Source: an uncultured Treponema sp.
GTDB lineage: Bacteria; Spirochaetota; Spirochaetia; Treponematales; Treponemataceae
Assembly: GCA_905372235.1 (NCBI GenBank)
Contig: CAJPOF010000002.1
Location: forward strand, 3,836-67,835
Length of the DNA: 64,000 bases
Direction of reading: 5' to 3'
The translations under genes were made by a program, and so were the position numbers. The stretch's first letter is position 1, and each line of letters opens with the position of its first letter. Shown in pieces: positions 1 through 9,292 of the stretch. Under the pieces are notes generated by a model. That model made no database searches. It had not been told where the DNA came from and was given only the letters and a program-made list of their open reading frames with translations.

Positions 1-323
1 AAAGGGTGGACGAAATGTTCGAGTCGGGGCTGAAGGCCGAGGTCGAATCCCTTATCCGTGACGGAGCGGATTCATCTATGCCGGGAATGAAGGCCATAGG
101 CTACAGGGAATGGTTTTCCGGGGATAGAAATTCGGCGGAGGGAATCGAAAAAATCCGGACGGAGATAAAACATTCCTCAAGGAAATACGCAAAAAAGCAA
201 CTTACGTTCATGGCTGATATTCCGGGAGCGAAAAGGATTTTTTTAGGAGACGAATCGGCTTCAGAGGAAAAAATATCTTTGCTTGTTCAGGAATTTCTTT
301 CAAAATACGGACAATTCTATTGA
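1..323 (+). CDS. miaA: tRNA dimethylallyltransferase, C-terminal part (5' end outside window)
   Basis: RVDEMFESGL..EV, KAIGYRE, SRKYAKKQLTF are typical MiaA C-terminal motifs; frame open to window edge. Confidence 0.9.
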   Translation, partial: RVDEMFESGLKAEVESLIRDGADSSMPGMKAIGYREWFSGDRNSAEGIEKIRTEIKHSSRKYAKKQLTFMADIPGAKRIFLGDESASEEKISLLVQEFLSKYGQFY

Positions 324-348
324 CCTAAATATCTAAATAGGTGATAAT
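320..348 (+). promoter_or_regulatory. sigma70-type promoter for small ribosomal protein gene
   Basis: TTGACC-N17-GATAAT about 30 nt upstream of GAGGGG RBS and GTG at 381. Confidence 0.55.
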
Positions 349-380
349 AAGCAACACTTTACTAGTAGAGGGGTGCCGAC

Positions 381-470
381 GTGCCTTGTGGAAAAAAAAG
401 AAAACGCCAGAAGATGGCGACTCATAAGCGCAAGAAGATGCTTAGAAGGAACAGACATAAGACAAAGTAA
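381..470 (+). CDS. small basic ribosomal protein bS22-like (AURKAIP1/COX24/mS38 family), 29 aa
   Basis: Hand translation MPCGKKRKRQKMATHKRKKMLRRNRHKTK*; RBS GAGGGG at 368-373; own promoter and terminator; resembles MPxGKKRKRHKxATHKRKK family. Confidence 0.85.
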   Translation: MPCGKKRKRQKMATHKRKKMLRRNRHKTK

Positions 471-490
471 GTCTTTTAGTCTCCGATTTT

Positions 491-527
491 AGACCGCAAA
501 AGTTTTCTGCTTTTAGCGGTCTTTTTT
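491..527 (+). terminator. intrinsic terminator
   Basis: AGACCGC-AAAAG...CTTTT-A-GCGGTCT stem followed by T run. Confidence 0.75.
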
Positions 528-572
528 CATGCCGTCGTCTATCCGTCTGTTTCTTGTGGTGTCAATGATGCC

Positions 573-2495
573 CTGAAAATTGGAGTTTGTACGTTACTTT
601 CATCGATAAAATCACCGGAAGACATAAAAAAACTTTCTCGAAAACAGCTTGTTCAGTTGCAGGAAGAAATCCGTAAGACAATCATCTCTGTTGTTGGTGA
701 AAACGGAGGGCATCTTGCAAGCAATCTTGGCGTTGTAGAGCTTACCGTCGCATTGCACAGGGTTTTTTCAAGTCCAGAGGACGCTGTTGTCTGGGACGTG
801 AGCCATCAATGCTATGCCCATAAACTTTTGACGGGTAGATATCCGCTTTTCAGTGAACTTAGGAAAAAAGACGGGCTTTCCGGCTTTACCAAAAAGACTG
901 AAAGTCCTCACGATTTTTTTGACAACGGACATGCTTCGACTTCCATCTCGCAGGCTTTGGGGCTTCTTACGGCATGGAATTTGAAGGGGAAAAAAGGCAA
1001 GGTGATAGCCGTTATTGGGGACGGAGCGTTGACGGGCGGAATGGCTTTTGAGGGGCTTTGCAACGCAGGCGAGCTTGGAGAAAACCTTATAATAGTCCTG
1101 AACGATAACCAAATGTCGATAGACAAAAACGACGGTACGTTCTCAAGGTATCTTAGTCGCCTTACAATGACGGGGCATTATCAATCTATAAGAAGAGCCA
1201 TAGATTTTATTGTGAGTCGTCTTCCGTTCAGTCGCCCTTTGCAGAAATTCGTATTCAGGTTCAAGCGGGGCTTGAAAGGTCTTCTTCTTCAGAATAATTT
1301 TTTTTCCGACTTGGATTTTGAATACGTTGGCCCGCTTGACGGACATGACGAGAAGTCTCTTGAGACCGTACTCAAAAGGGTAAAAAGGATGCGAAATCCC
1401 GTGGTTGTGCATGTGGTAACAAAAAAAGGGAAGGGCTACAGCCTTGCTGAAGATAATCCCGAACGGTTTCATGGGATCGGACCATTTTGCACTTCAGACG
1501 GAAAGGTCGAAAAATTCGATGCGGTCAGTTTTACTGAAAGTTTTTCAAATTCCCTTTTGAAGTTTGCCGAAAAAAACAAAAATCTTGTCGCAATAACCGC
1601 CTCGATGGCAAAAGGGACGGGGCTTGATTCGTTTGCCCGTCATTATCCTGAAAGATTTTTTGATGTCGGGATAGCGGAGGAACACGCCGTTACATTTGCA
1701 GGAGGGCTTTCAAGGGGCGGAATGATTCCTGTGGTGTGCATATATTCCACTTTCATGCAGAGGGCGGTCGATCAGGTGATACACGACATGGCTATCCAAA
1801 ATCTGCATTCTATTATAGTGATGGATAGGGCGGGTGCTGTTCCGGGAGACGGAGAAACCCATCAAGGTCTTTTTGATATAGCCCTTTTTCGCCCCGTTCC
1901 TAACGTTACAATGCTCACTCCCGCTACCGGAAAAGACCTTGAAAAGATTCTTGAATATTCGATTTCGGGAAAAGGCATATACATAATCCGCTATCCCAAG
2001 CTGTCATGCCCTTCGGAACGTTCTGAGTTTTCTTCGGAAATTATAGAGGGAAGGGGAGTTCTTTTGAAGGCGGAATCTCTTTTTCCGACTTTGGAAGTCG
2101 CCCTTGAGGATTCCGGCGAGACAAGAAGAATCCTTTTTGTTACAACCGGCGGAATGTATTCGGAGGTCGTGGTCGCCTCAAGGGCTTTGCTTATGGAAAA
2201 CGTGATTAGCGACATATATTCCCTTAGGTTTATAAAACCGATAGACAAAGAATATTTTATAGGTCTTGCAAAAGGCTACGACGGAATAGTGTTTGCGGAA
2301 GACGGAATCGTGTCTGGTGGGATAAGCGAGTATCTTGCACTTGTGCTTTCGGAGAACAAAATCACGAATTTCAGGATAAAGGCGTTCCCTGAAGGATTTT
2401 ACAGGCAGGGAACCAGACAGGATGTACTTTCGGAGGCGGGGCTTAGCGTGGAAGAACTCTGCAAAGCCGCCTTGGACCTGCTTGGGCTTTTGTGA
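573..2495 (+). CDS. dxs: 1-deoxy-D-xylulose-5-phosphate synthase (start uncertain: CTG 573, ATT 579 or TTG 657)
   Basis: GGHLASNLG, WDVSHQCYAHK, GDGALTGG..E, LNDN, DVGIAEEHA, GDGETHQG motifs; conserved N-terminal LLSSIKSPEDIKKL lies upstream of the ORF-track start. Confidence 0.95.
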   Translation: MKIGVCTLLSSIKSPEDIKKLSRKQLVQLQEEIRKTIISVVGENGGHLASNLGVVELTVALHRVFSSPEDAVVWDVSHQCYAHKLLTGRYPLFSELRKKDGLSGFTKKTESPHDFFDNGHASTSISQALGLLTAWNLKGKKGKVIAVIGDGALTGGMAFEGLCNAGELGENLIIVLNDNQMSIDKNDGTFSRYLSRLTMTGHYQSIRRAIDFIVSRLPFSRPLQKFVFRFKRGLKGLLLQNNFFSDLDFEYVGPLDGHDEKSLETVLKRVKRMRNPVVVHVVTKKGKGYSLAEDNPERFHGIGPFCTSDGKVEKFDAVSFTESFSNSLLKFAEKNKNLVAITASMAKGTGLDSFARHYPERFFDVGIAEEHAVTFAGGLSRGGMIPVVCIYSTFMQRAVDQVIHDMAIQNLHSIIVMDRAGAVPGDGETHQGLFDIALFRPVPNVTMLTPATGKDLEKILEYSISGKGIYIIRYPKLSCPSERSEFSSEIIEGRGVLLKAESLFPTLEVALEDSGETRRILFVTTGGMYSEVVVASRALLMENVISDIYSLRFIKPIDKEYFIGLAKGYDGIVFAEDGIVSGGISEYLALVLSENKITNFRIKAFPEGFYRQGTRQDVLSEAGLSVEELCKAALDLLGLL

Positions 2496-2517
2496 GTTTT
2501 TATTTTTAGGAAAAATC

Positions 2518-3306
2518 ATGGTTGAACTTGAACTTAGGGAAAAAACTATTTCGACTTCAAGAAAGGCGCTTGTCATGGGAATCCTTAATGCAACCCCGGA
2601 TTCGTTTTATGCGGGAAGCAGAGGCGGAATCGAAAAAGCGTTGGCGATAATTGAAGAGGGGGCGGACATTCTTGACATTGGGGCGGAATCCACTCGTCCG
2701 GGTTCAAGCTACATAGATTCCGACGAAGAAAAGCGGAGGCTAATTCCGCTCATAAAAGATATAAGAAAGGTTTCAGACATTCCGATTTCAGTGGACACAA
2801 GGAAACTATCGGTCATGCAGGAAGCGTTTGACGAAGGGGCGGACATACTGAACGACATTTCCGCTCTTGAGGACGAACCTGAGCTTGGCGCATTTGCGGC
2901 GGAAAAGAAAATCCCAGTCGTCCTTATGCACAGGAACGGAATTAAAAAAGATGCGTTCAAAGAAGTGGACGACTACCTTTTAAAAAGAGCCTTATATGCC
3001 GAATCCATAGGAATAGAGCCTAGAAAGATAATCGTAGATCCCGGAATAGGATTTAATAAGGATTTTTCAGTCAACTGCGAATTGATAAAAAATTCCGGGA
3101 ATTTTTGCGGCGGAAAGTACAAAATACTGATGGCTCTTTCTCGGAAAAGGTGCATAGGAGCGATGACGGGAAGGGAAGTTGACGAAAGGCTTTCCGGCAC
3201 TCTTGCGGCAAATCTTGTAAGCGTCATTAAAGGCTGTTCTTTGGTTCGTGTGCATGATGTAAAAGAAACGATAGATACTTTAAACGTTTTGGAGTATACT
3301 TTATAG
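2518..3306 (+). CDS. folP: dihydropteroate synthase
   Basis: MGILNATPDSF, DIGAESTRPG, DPGIGF, SRKR, VRVHDV; ATG at 2518 after AGGA. Confidence 0.95.
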   Translation: MVELELREKTISTSRKALVMGILNATPDSFYAGSRGGIEKALAIIEEGADILDIGAESTRPGSSYIDSDEEKRRLIPLIKDIRKVSDIPISVDTRKLSVMQEAFDEGADILNDISALEDEPELGAFAAEKKIPVVLMHRNGIKKDAFKEVDDYLLKRALYAESIGIEPRKIIVDPGIGFNKDFSVNCELIKNSGNFCGGKYKILMALSRKRCIGAMTGREVDERLSGTLAANLVSVIKGCSLVRVHDVKETIDTLNVLEYTL

Positions 3307-3328
3307 GAATCGTATTGAAGGGAAAACT

Positions 3329-4144
3329 TTGAAATCCGCGGAAAATTTACTGGCAGTTTATAATGTAGTTCGCTCATTCGTTGATATAGGTATACTTGCT
3401 TTTGTCTTTTACAAGGCGTACCAGATAATCCTAAAATCCAACAGTGTGCAGATAATAAAGTCTGCGGTCATAGTTGCGATTTCATATGCGCTTGCAGTCA
3501 TTCTGAAACTTGAGACATTGGTATGGATTTTTACTTCAATCACACCGATGCTGATTGTCGGGTTCGTGATAATATTCCAGCCGGAATTTAGGAAGATGTT
3601 CTTGAAGATGGGGCAGACGCAGTGGTTCGCTTTCGGAAGCCGTTCCAAACATTCTTACGTGGATTCGGTGCTTATCGCGGCGGAGATGCTTTCAAAACAG
3701 AAGCGAGGCATGCTTGCAGTCTTTCTTCGCCACACAAGGCTTGACGACATTCTTGATACGGGAACTAGGCTCAATGCGGATATTTCATCAAGCCTTCTTG
3801 TAACCATATTCGGAATGGACACTCCGCTTCATGACGGAGCGTGCTTCATTCAGGGCGGAAAACTTGTGGCGGCGGGCTGTTTTCTTCCGCTAAGCGAACA
3901 ATACGACATAAAAAAGACTTTCGGCACAAGGCACAGGGCGGCTTTGGGGGTATCCGAGATTTCGGACGCGGTTGTCCTTGTAGTCTCTGAGGAGACAGGT
4001 GCGATGAGCCTTACATACGACTCTAAACTTCACTACGACCTTTCTTCCAAGGAACTTACAAAAATCCTTGAAAATCTTTTAAACATACCGCCTGAAGCGT
4101 ACACCCTGGAGGACACTATCGATGAACACAAGAAAAATGATTAG
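3329..4144 (+). CDS. cdaA: membrane diadenylate cyclase CdaA
   Basis: 3 N-terminal TM helices, IIFQPE, TPLHDGA and GTRHRAA catalytic motifs, VVSEETG. Confidence 0.93.
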   Translation: MKSAENLLAVYNVVRSFVDIGILAFVFYKAYQIILKSNSVQIIKSAVIVAISYALAVILKLETLVWIFTSITPMLIVGFVIIFQPEFRKMFLKMGQTQWFAFGSRSKHSYVDSVLIAAEMLSKQKRGMLAVFLRHTRLDDILDTGTRLNADISSSLLVTIFGMDTPLHDGACFIQGGKLVAAGCFLPLSEQYDIKKTFGTRHRAALGVSEISDAVVLVVSEETGAMSLTYDSKLHYDLSSKELTKILENLLNIPPEAYTLEDTIDEHKKND

Positions 4145-5180
4145 TCGCCTCACCGAAAACTGGGTGGCAAAGGTAATATGCGTGGCGGCTGCGATTTTGG
4201 TCTATGTCTTTCATCAGGTAGCAGTCCTTGACCACAAGACGCTGACAGTTCCGCTTGAGGTGGTTTCCGAAGGGCTTTTGGTGAACGAGACCGATGTTCC
4301 GTCCTTTGTAAAGGTGAACGTAAGGTGCAGCGCCGATTCCATAGGAGCGATCACAGCCCAAGGAATATCCGCCGTGCTGAACCTGAACCATTATACCGAA
4401 GTCGGCGACTATGACGTTCCCGTTACGATTTCCGTGTCTAAGGATCTTATGCTTATAGACCCCCTTGAAGTTTCGGTGAAGCCCGATTATGTTTCTCTGA
4501 CATTGGACGAGAAGGTGGAAAAATATGTTTCCGTAAAGCCGTCCGTTTCGGGCGAGGTGAGCCACGGCTATTTTGTAAAGAGCGTCGAGATTGTTCCGTC
4601 GACGGTAAAAATAATAGGTCCTTCAAAAATTGTTGAAAAGACAAACTTTATATATTCAGACAAGGTGAACGTTAAGGGAGCCTCGACAGGTTTTTCCACT
4701 GAGGTAGGGCTTGACAACATAAACGCTCTTGTTTCGGCAAAGGTGGAAGAGCCTTTCCGGGTAAATGTTACCATTGCTCCGAGTCCAAGCGATCTGGTTT
4801 TCACGGGCGTTACGCCGAAACTGATATCGCTTGATGGAAATCTTGAAAACAGCTCTACAATTCCGCCGCTGAACTTTACCCTTACAGGCACAGTTCCGAT
4901 GATGGAAAAATTCAATCTTTCGGAGCAAAGCGTCGTCATCGACTGCAGTTCAATAAAAAGCGAAGGCAGCTACGAACTTCCGGTTCTTTTTGTGCTTCCG
5001 GTAAACATTTCTGTGAAAGAAAAATCCTACGAGACTGTAAGCCTTATGATATCCGAGAAGTCTTCAGCCAATGCGGAGGAAAATCCGTCCGTGAATCAGG
5101 AAACTTCTTCGGATTCCGGTGTTTCTTCCGGCGAAGAGGCGGTCGAAGAAAAAAAGTCTTCCAAGAGACGGCGAAGATGA
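4122..5180 (+). CDS. cdaR: CdaR/YbbR-repeat regulator of CdaA
   Basis: N-terminal TM anchor, repeated beta-rich YbbR-like units (PSTVKIIGP), overlaps cdaA. Confidence 0.85.
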   Translation: MNTRKMISRLTENWVAKVICVAAAILVYVFHQVAVLDHKTLTVPLEVVSEGLLVNETDVPSFVKVNVRCSADSIGAITAQGISAVLNLNHYTEVGDYDVPVTISVSKDLMLIDPLEVSVKPDYVSLTLDEKVEKYVSVKPSVSGEVSHGYFVKSVEIVPSTVKIIGPSKIVEKTNFIYSDKVNVKGASTGFSTEVGLDNINALVSAKVEEPFRVNVTIAPSPSDLVFTGVTPKLISLDGNLENSSTIPPLNFTLTGTVPMMEKFNLSEQSVVIDCSSIKSEGSYELPVLFVLPVNISVKEKSYETVSLMISEKSSANAEENPSVNQETSSDSGVSSGEEAVEEKKSSKRRRR

Positions 5181-5557
5181 TATTCGGAATCGGAACGGAC
5201 ATAGTGGATGTCAGGCGGTTTGAAAAATGGCTTCAAAACGAAGAACTGCTTGAAAGGTATTTCAACGAGGCGGAACTTTTTTCAAAAGGCTCTAAATCCT
5301 CGCTGTGCCAGCACTATGCGGTGCGTTTTGCCGCAAAAGAAGCGTTCTCCAAGGCTTTGGGAACTGGAATATGCTTTGACTTGCGAGAGGTTTTTGTGAA
5401 GAAAAACGCCGACGGAAAACCGGAACTGTATTTTTCGGAAAAACTAAAAAAACTTTTGGAAGAAAAATGCGGCGAATGTAGGATTTTTGTTTCCCTGAGC
5501 CACGAGAAAGAATATGCCGTTGCGAACGTGGTCATAGAAAAAACGGAAAAATTTTGA
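5177..5557 (+). CDS. acpS: holo-[acyl-carrier-protein] synthase
   Basis: GIGTDIV, RFAAKEAFSKALGTG, VSLSHE. Confidence 0.95.
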   Translation: MIFGIGTDIVDVRRFEKWLQNEELLERYFNEAELFSKGSKSSLCQHYAVRFAAKEAFSKALGTGICFDLREVFVKKNADGKPELYFSEKLKKLLEEKCGECRIFVSLSHEKEYAVANVVIEKTEKF

Positions 5558-5573
5558 AGGGAGGAGTTATTGG

Positions 5574-6455
5574 ATGGTTTCTGGCGTAAAAAAAACTTCG
5601 AGCAAGAAAAAGCCTGTGATTTCGTACTGGTCCAAGGAAAAATGTTTTTGCCCTGTCTGCAAGAAAAATTTTGAGAAGGAAGTGATGATGAGCGGAAACG
5701 GAAGGATGATAGCAGGTCCTCTTTCCGAAGACCTTCACAGGACGTTCGAGCCTTCGCTACGCTTCGGACGCATCTATCCTCTTATTTACGAAATCGGAGC
5801 TTGTCCAAACTGCTACACGGCACTTTTGTGGTCGGATTTCAAGGATTTGAAGAAAAAGGAAGACCAGGACAATTTGTTTTTCAAGCGGGAGGATAGAAAA
5901 AACAAGGTGAACGCTGTGTTTCCGCATTTTGCGCTGAACCGTGAGCGTTCACTTTACGACGGCTGCGCCATGTATTATCTTGCGCTTCTTTCTTACGACA
6001 GCGTTGGACACGACATTCTTCCCACGATGAAATCGGCTTTTCTTTCGCTACGCCTTGCCTGGCTTACAAGGGATCTTGATTCCGCCGTTCCCGGACACAA
6101 TTTTTCTTATCTTTCGAATGTGTTTTACAGAAAGGCGTTGTTTTTCTACCAGCAGGCTATCTTGAACGAGACAGAAAGGGTTGAAAAATGTTCGACTCTT
6201 TCTAATTTCGGCCCGGACATGGACAAAAACTATGGCTGGGACGGGGTGATATATCTTGCAGGGCTTTTGGAATACACGTACGGTCAAAAGGATGATATCC
6301 AGCTCCGTTTGAGAAAACTTAGCGAGTCAAAAACTGCGATAGCAAGAATCTTCGGTTTGGGAAAATCTTCCAAGGATAAACCCGGACCTCTTCTTGAGAA
6401 GGCGAGGGATCTTTACGATCGGCTTTCAAAGGAAGTAAGCGACGACGACATCTGA
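5574..6455 (+). CDS. DUF2225-like zinc-binding/helical repeat protein
   Basis: CPVC...CPNC Cys pairs, LRLAWL motif, helical C-terminus; position between acpS and truA as in other spirochetes. Confidence 0.7.
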   Translation: MVSGVKKTSSKKKPVISYWSKEKCFCPVCKKNFEKEVMMSGNGRMIAGPLSEDLHRTFEPSLRFGRIYPLIYEIGACPNCYTALLWSDFKDLKKKEDQDNLFFKREDRKNKVNAVFPHFALNRERSLYDGCAMYYLALLSYDSVGHDILPTMKSAFLSLRLAWLTRDLDSAVPGHNFSYLSNVFYRKALFFYQQAILNETERVEKCSTLSNFGPDMDKNYGWDGVIYLAGLLEYTYGQKDDIQLRLRKLSESKTAIARIFGLGKSSKDKPGPLLEKARDLYDRLSKEVSDDDI

Positions 6456-6470
6456 TTTTACGGGGATTTC

Positions 6471-7265
6471 ATGAAGAACATTCTTCTGACCGTTTCCTAC
6501 GACGGAACAGACTTTTCAGGCTGGCAGAGGCAGGAAAGAGCCGAAGATAAGATTCGGGAACGGACGGTGCAGGGCGAGATTGAAGCGGCTCTTTCAAGGC
6601 TTTTGAAATCCGACATAATACTTTACGGTTCAGGAAGGACGGATAGCGGAGTCCACGCATTGGCTCAGAAAGCCAATTTTTTTTCTCCTGTCGATTCTTT
6701 TCCTGAAAAAAACTATGTCCGCGCCCTGAACGCAATCCTTCCCGGCGACATTAGGATTCTTGATTCTGTAGAGGTCAAAAACGATTTCAGCGCAAGAAAG
6801 AACGCCACAAGCAGAATCTACAGGTATTTTATTTTTACGGGAAACGCGCCGTCCGCCGCGCTAAGCCGGTTTTCGTGGCATTATCCATATAGCGCCTCGC
6901 TTTCGAACCTGAACGAGATGGCTAAATGTCTTAAAGGCGAGATGGATTTTGCCTCTTTTTCTGCAAGTGGGGACGAAAGTGTTTCCACAAAACGTTACAT
7001 AGACGACGCACACTTTTTTTTTCAGGAAGGATTTCCGGGCGGAGAGGAACTTTTGGTTTTCCAGATAGAAGGAAACGCTTTTTTGTGGAAGATGGTACGC
7101 ACTGTTACGGGAACTCTTTTGACTCTTGATAAAAACGGAAAAGATTCCGGGGATTTTATAAAAATAATAGAAAAAAAAGATAGAAAGGCGGCAGGTATTA
7201 CGGCTCCTCCTACGGGGCTTTTCCTTTACGACATAAAATTTGACGGAATAAGACGGCACGCTTAG
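6471..7265 (+). CDS. truA: tRNA pseudouridine(38-40) synthase
   Basis: YDGTDFSGWQ, SGRTDSGVHA, AFLWKMVR, TAPPTGLFL. Confidence 0.95.
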   Translation: MKNILLTVSYDGTDFSGWQRQERAEDKIRERTVQGEIEAALSRLLKSDIILYGSGRTDSGVHALAQKANFFSPVDSFPEKNYVRALNAILPGDIRILDSVEVKNDFSARKNATSRIYRYFIFTGNAPSAALSRFSWHYPYSASLSNLNEMAKCLKGEMDFASFSASGDESVSTKRYIDDAHFFFQEGFPGGEELLVFQIEGNAFLWKMVRTVTGTLLTLDKNGKDSGDFIKIIEKKDRKAAGITAPPTGLFLYDIKFDGIRRHA

Positions 7266-7288
7266 TTTTGAAACGAAGTTTTTCTTTT

Positions 7289-9292
7289 CTACATTATGCT
7301 TACAGGATCTACATCACATTCTATGTACACAGACTGAGTATGCGTGTAGTTATAAAGCAGATTTTCCGCATTCTTTTGAAGGACGGCTATATTGTCGCTC
7401 CTTAGCAAAAGTTGGTATCTGTAGTTGTTGTTTGTCATGAATATGGGACATTCGGCAGGTCCTATCACTTCTCCTTTTGTTCCTATGGAAGACGAAAGTA
7501 TTTTTTTTGCCTCATTTGCGCTTTCCTCGGCTTTTTTTCTGTTCAAGGAGCGGAATACAAGCCGGACTAGCCTTGAATACGGCGGAAAACCCAGCATTTT
7601 TCTTTGATTCAGTTCGTATCTGTAGAACTCTTCTGTCTTTCCGCCGCAGGAAAACATTATCGGCTCTCTTAGCGGATTATACGTCTGGACAAGGACTTTT
7701 CCGTCCGGGAAAAAACGTCCCGCACGTCCCGACACCTGAGTGATAAGGGAAAATGTCCTTTCCGCAGCTCTGAAATCCGGAATATGCAGGGCGGTGTCGG
7801 CGAGTATCACTCCAACAAGCTGAAGGTTTGGAAAATTAAGCCCTTTTGCGACCATCTGCGTTCCAAGAAGAATGTCGTATTCTCCCAAACGGAATGCATC
7901 TAGTTTTTCCTGAAGTTCACCTTTCTTGGTGATTGAGTCCGTGTCAATCCGCAATATTCTCGCCTCAGGGAATTTGGCTTTTGTCTCCGCCTCTATGTAT
8001 TCTGTTCCGAAACCTGAATATCCTATGTCAAGGGAACTGCATTTGGGGCATTGGCTTTGCGGGAATGTAGACCAGCCGCAATAATGGCATCTAAGTCTGT
8101 TTTCGGCTTTGTGATATGTCATGGAGACCGAACAGTTTTTGCACTTATGCTCAAAGCCGCAGGTGTTGCATCTGAAAAAATGGGTGAATCCGCGGCGGTT
8201 CAAAAAAAGGATCGCTTGTTTTTTGTTTTCGATTGTCTTTCTTATCTCGTCTTCCAGTTCTTTTGAGATTGGGGAAATGTTCTTTGATTTTGAAAGGTCG
8301 ACGATTTTTATCTTAGGCATATTTCCGCCCGCAAGTCTTTTTGTAAGGAGATGGCGGATAAGTTTTTTCTCTTCCATAAGTTTCCACGCCTCTGCGGATG
8401 GGGTCGCACTTCCCATCACCAAAGGAATTCCAAGTCTTGAGGAGCGGAACATGGCTACCTGCCTTGCGTGGTATCTTGGTGTTTCGCCTGATTTGTACGA
8501 GCCGTCGTGTTCCTCGTCGATTATTATAAGCCCAAGGTCAGGCACGGGAGCGAAGACCGCACTTCTTGCACCGACCACAATCCTTGCCTCTTTTTTCATT
8601 ATCTTGTGCCACTCGTTCATTTTCTGGCTTGAAGTAAGCTGGGAGTGAATTACAGCCGCGGTAGGTCCGAACCTTTTTACGACCGCCTTCACAACCTGAG
8701 GGGTAAGCCCGATTTCAGGGACAAGATAGATTACCCCTTTTCCTTTTGAAAGAAGGTGTTCCGCTGCCTGAAGGAAAACCTCGGTTTTTCCGCTGCCTGT
8801 CATTCCGTAGATATAATGGTAGTCGGCTTTTCCCTTAATGGAAGAATCGATTATGGATTTTGCCGCTTCTTTTTGCTCCTCGGAAAGTTCTTTCGAGGGA
8901 TTTTCCGAAAAATCGTCGCTGAACGGAAAGCCTATGTTTCCTCTCAAACCTTTTCCGGTCGTCGGAATTATAGAAAAAATCGCTTCTCCTATTGTGCATA
9001 GATAATAGCGGCTGACCCATTTTGCGATTTCGAATATTTCTTTTGTGAAAAGCGGCTCTTTGTCGATGACTTTTTTTATCGGAATAATTTTTTCGGTTTT
9101 CACGGGGCAGTTCTCGCTGATTTTTTCGCTTTTGGAAACCACAAATCCCGTGAGGTTCTGGTTTCCGAATCGGACGCTGACTCTTTTTCCGATTTCCGGA
9201 AGTTGTTCCGCACCATCGCCTTCTTTTGGCTCATACGAGTAGGTGAAGACCGTGTTCAAAGGAATTTTCAATGCGACTTCTATGTATATCAT
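7289..9292 (-). CDS. priA: replication restart helicase PriA
   Basis: GMTGSGKTEV, DEEHD, four CxxC pairs, GTQMVAKGLNFP, QVSGRAGR. Confidence 0.96.
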   Translation of the reverse strand: MIYIEVALKIPLNTVFTYSYEPKEGDGAEQLPEIGKRVSVRFGNQNLTGFVVSKSEKISENCPVKTEKIIPIKKVIDKEPLFTKEIFEIAKWVSRYYLCTIGEAIFSIIPTTGKGLRGNIGFPFSDDFSENPSKELSEEQKEAAKSIIDSSIKGKADYHYIYGMTGSGKTEVFLQAAEHLLSKGKGVIYLVPEIGLTPQVVKAVVKRFGPTAAVIHSQLTSSQKMNEWHKIMKKEARIVVGARSAVFAPVPDLGLIIIDEEHDGSYKSGETPRYHARQVAMFRSSRLGIPLVMGSATPSAEAWKLMEEKKLIRHLLTKRLAGGNMPKIKIVDLSKSKNISPISKELEDEIRKTIENKKQAILFLNRRGFTHFFRCNTCGFEHKCKNCSVSMTYHKAENRLRCHYCGWSTFPQSQCPKCSSLDIGYSGFGTEYIEAETKAKFPEARILRIDTDSITKKGELQEKLDAFRLGEYDILLGTQMVAKGLNFPNLQLVGVILADTALHIPDFRAAERTFSLITQVSGRAGRFFPDGKVLVQTYNPLREPIMFSCGGKTEEFYRYELNQRKMLGFPPYSRLVRLVFRSLNRKKAEESANEAKKILSSSIGTKGEVIGPAECPIFMTNNNYRYQLLLRSDNIAVLQKNAENLLYNYTHTQSVYIECDVDPVSIM

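Noticed and set aside
565..576. ATG ATG CCC TGA as a programmed +1 frameshift into dxs
   Set aside because: A +1 shift lands in the wrong frame; dxs would need a -1 shift and no slippery heptamer is present
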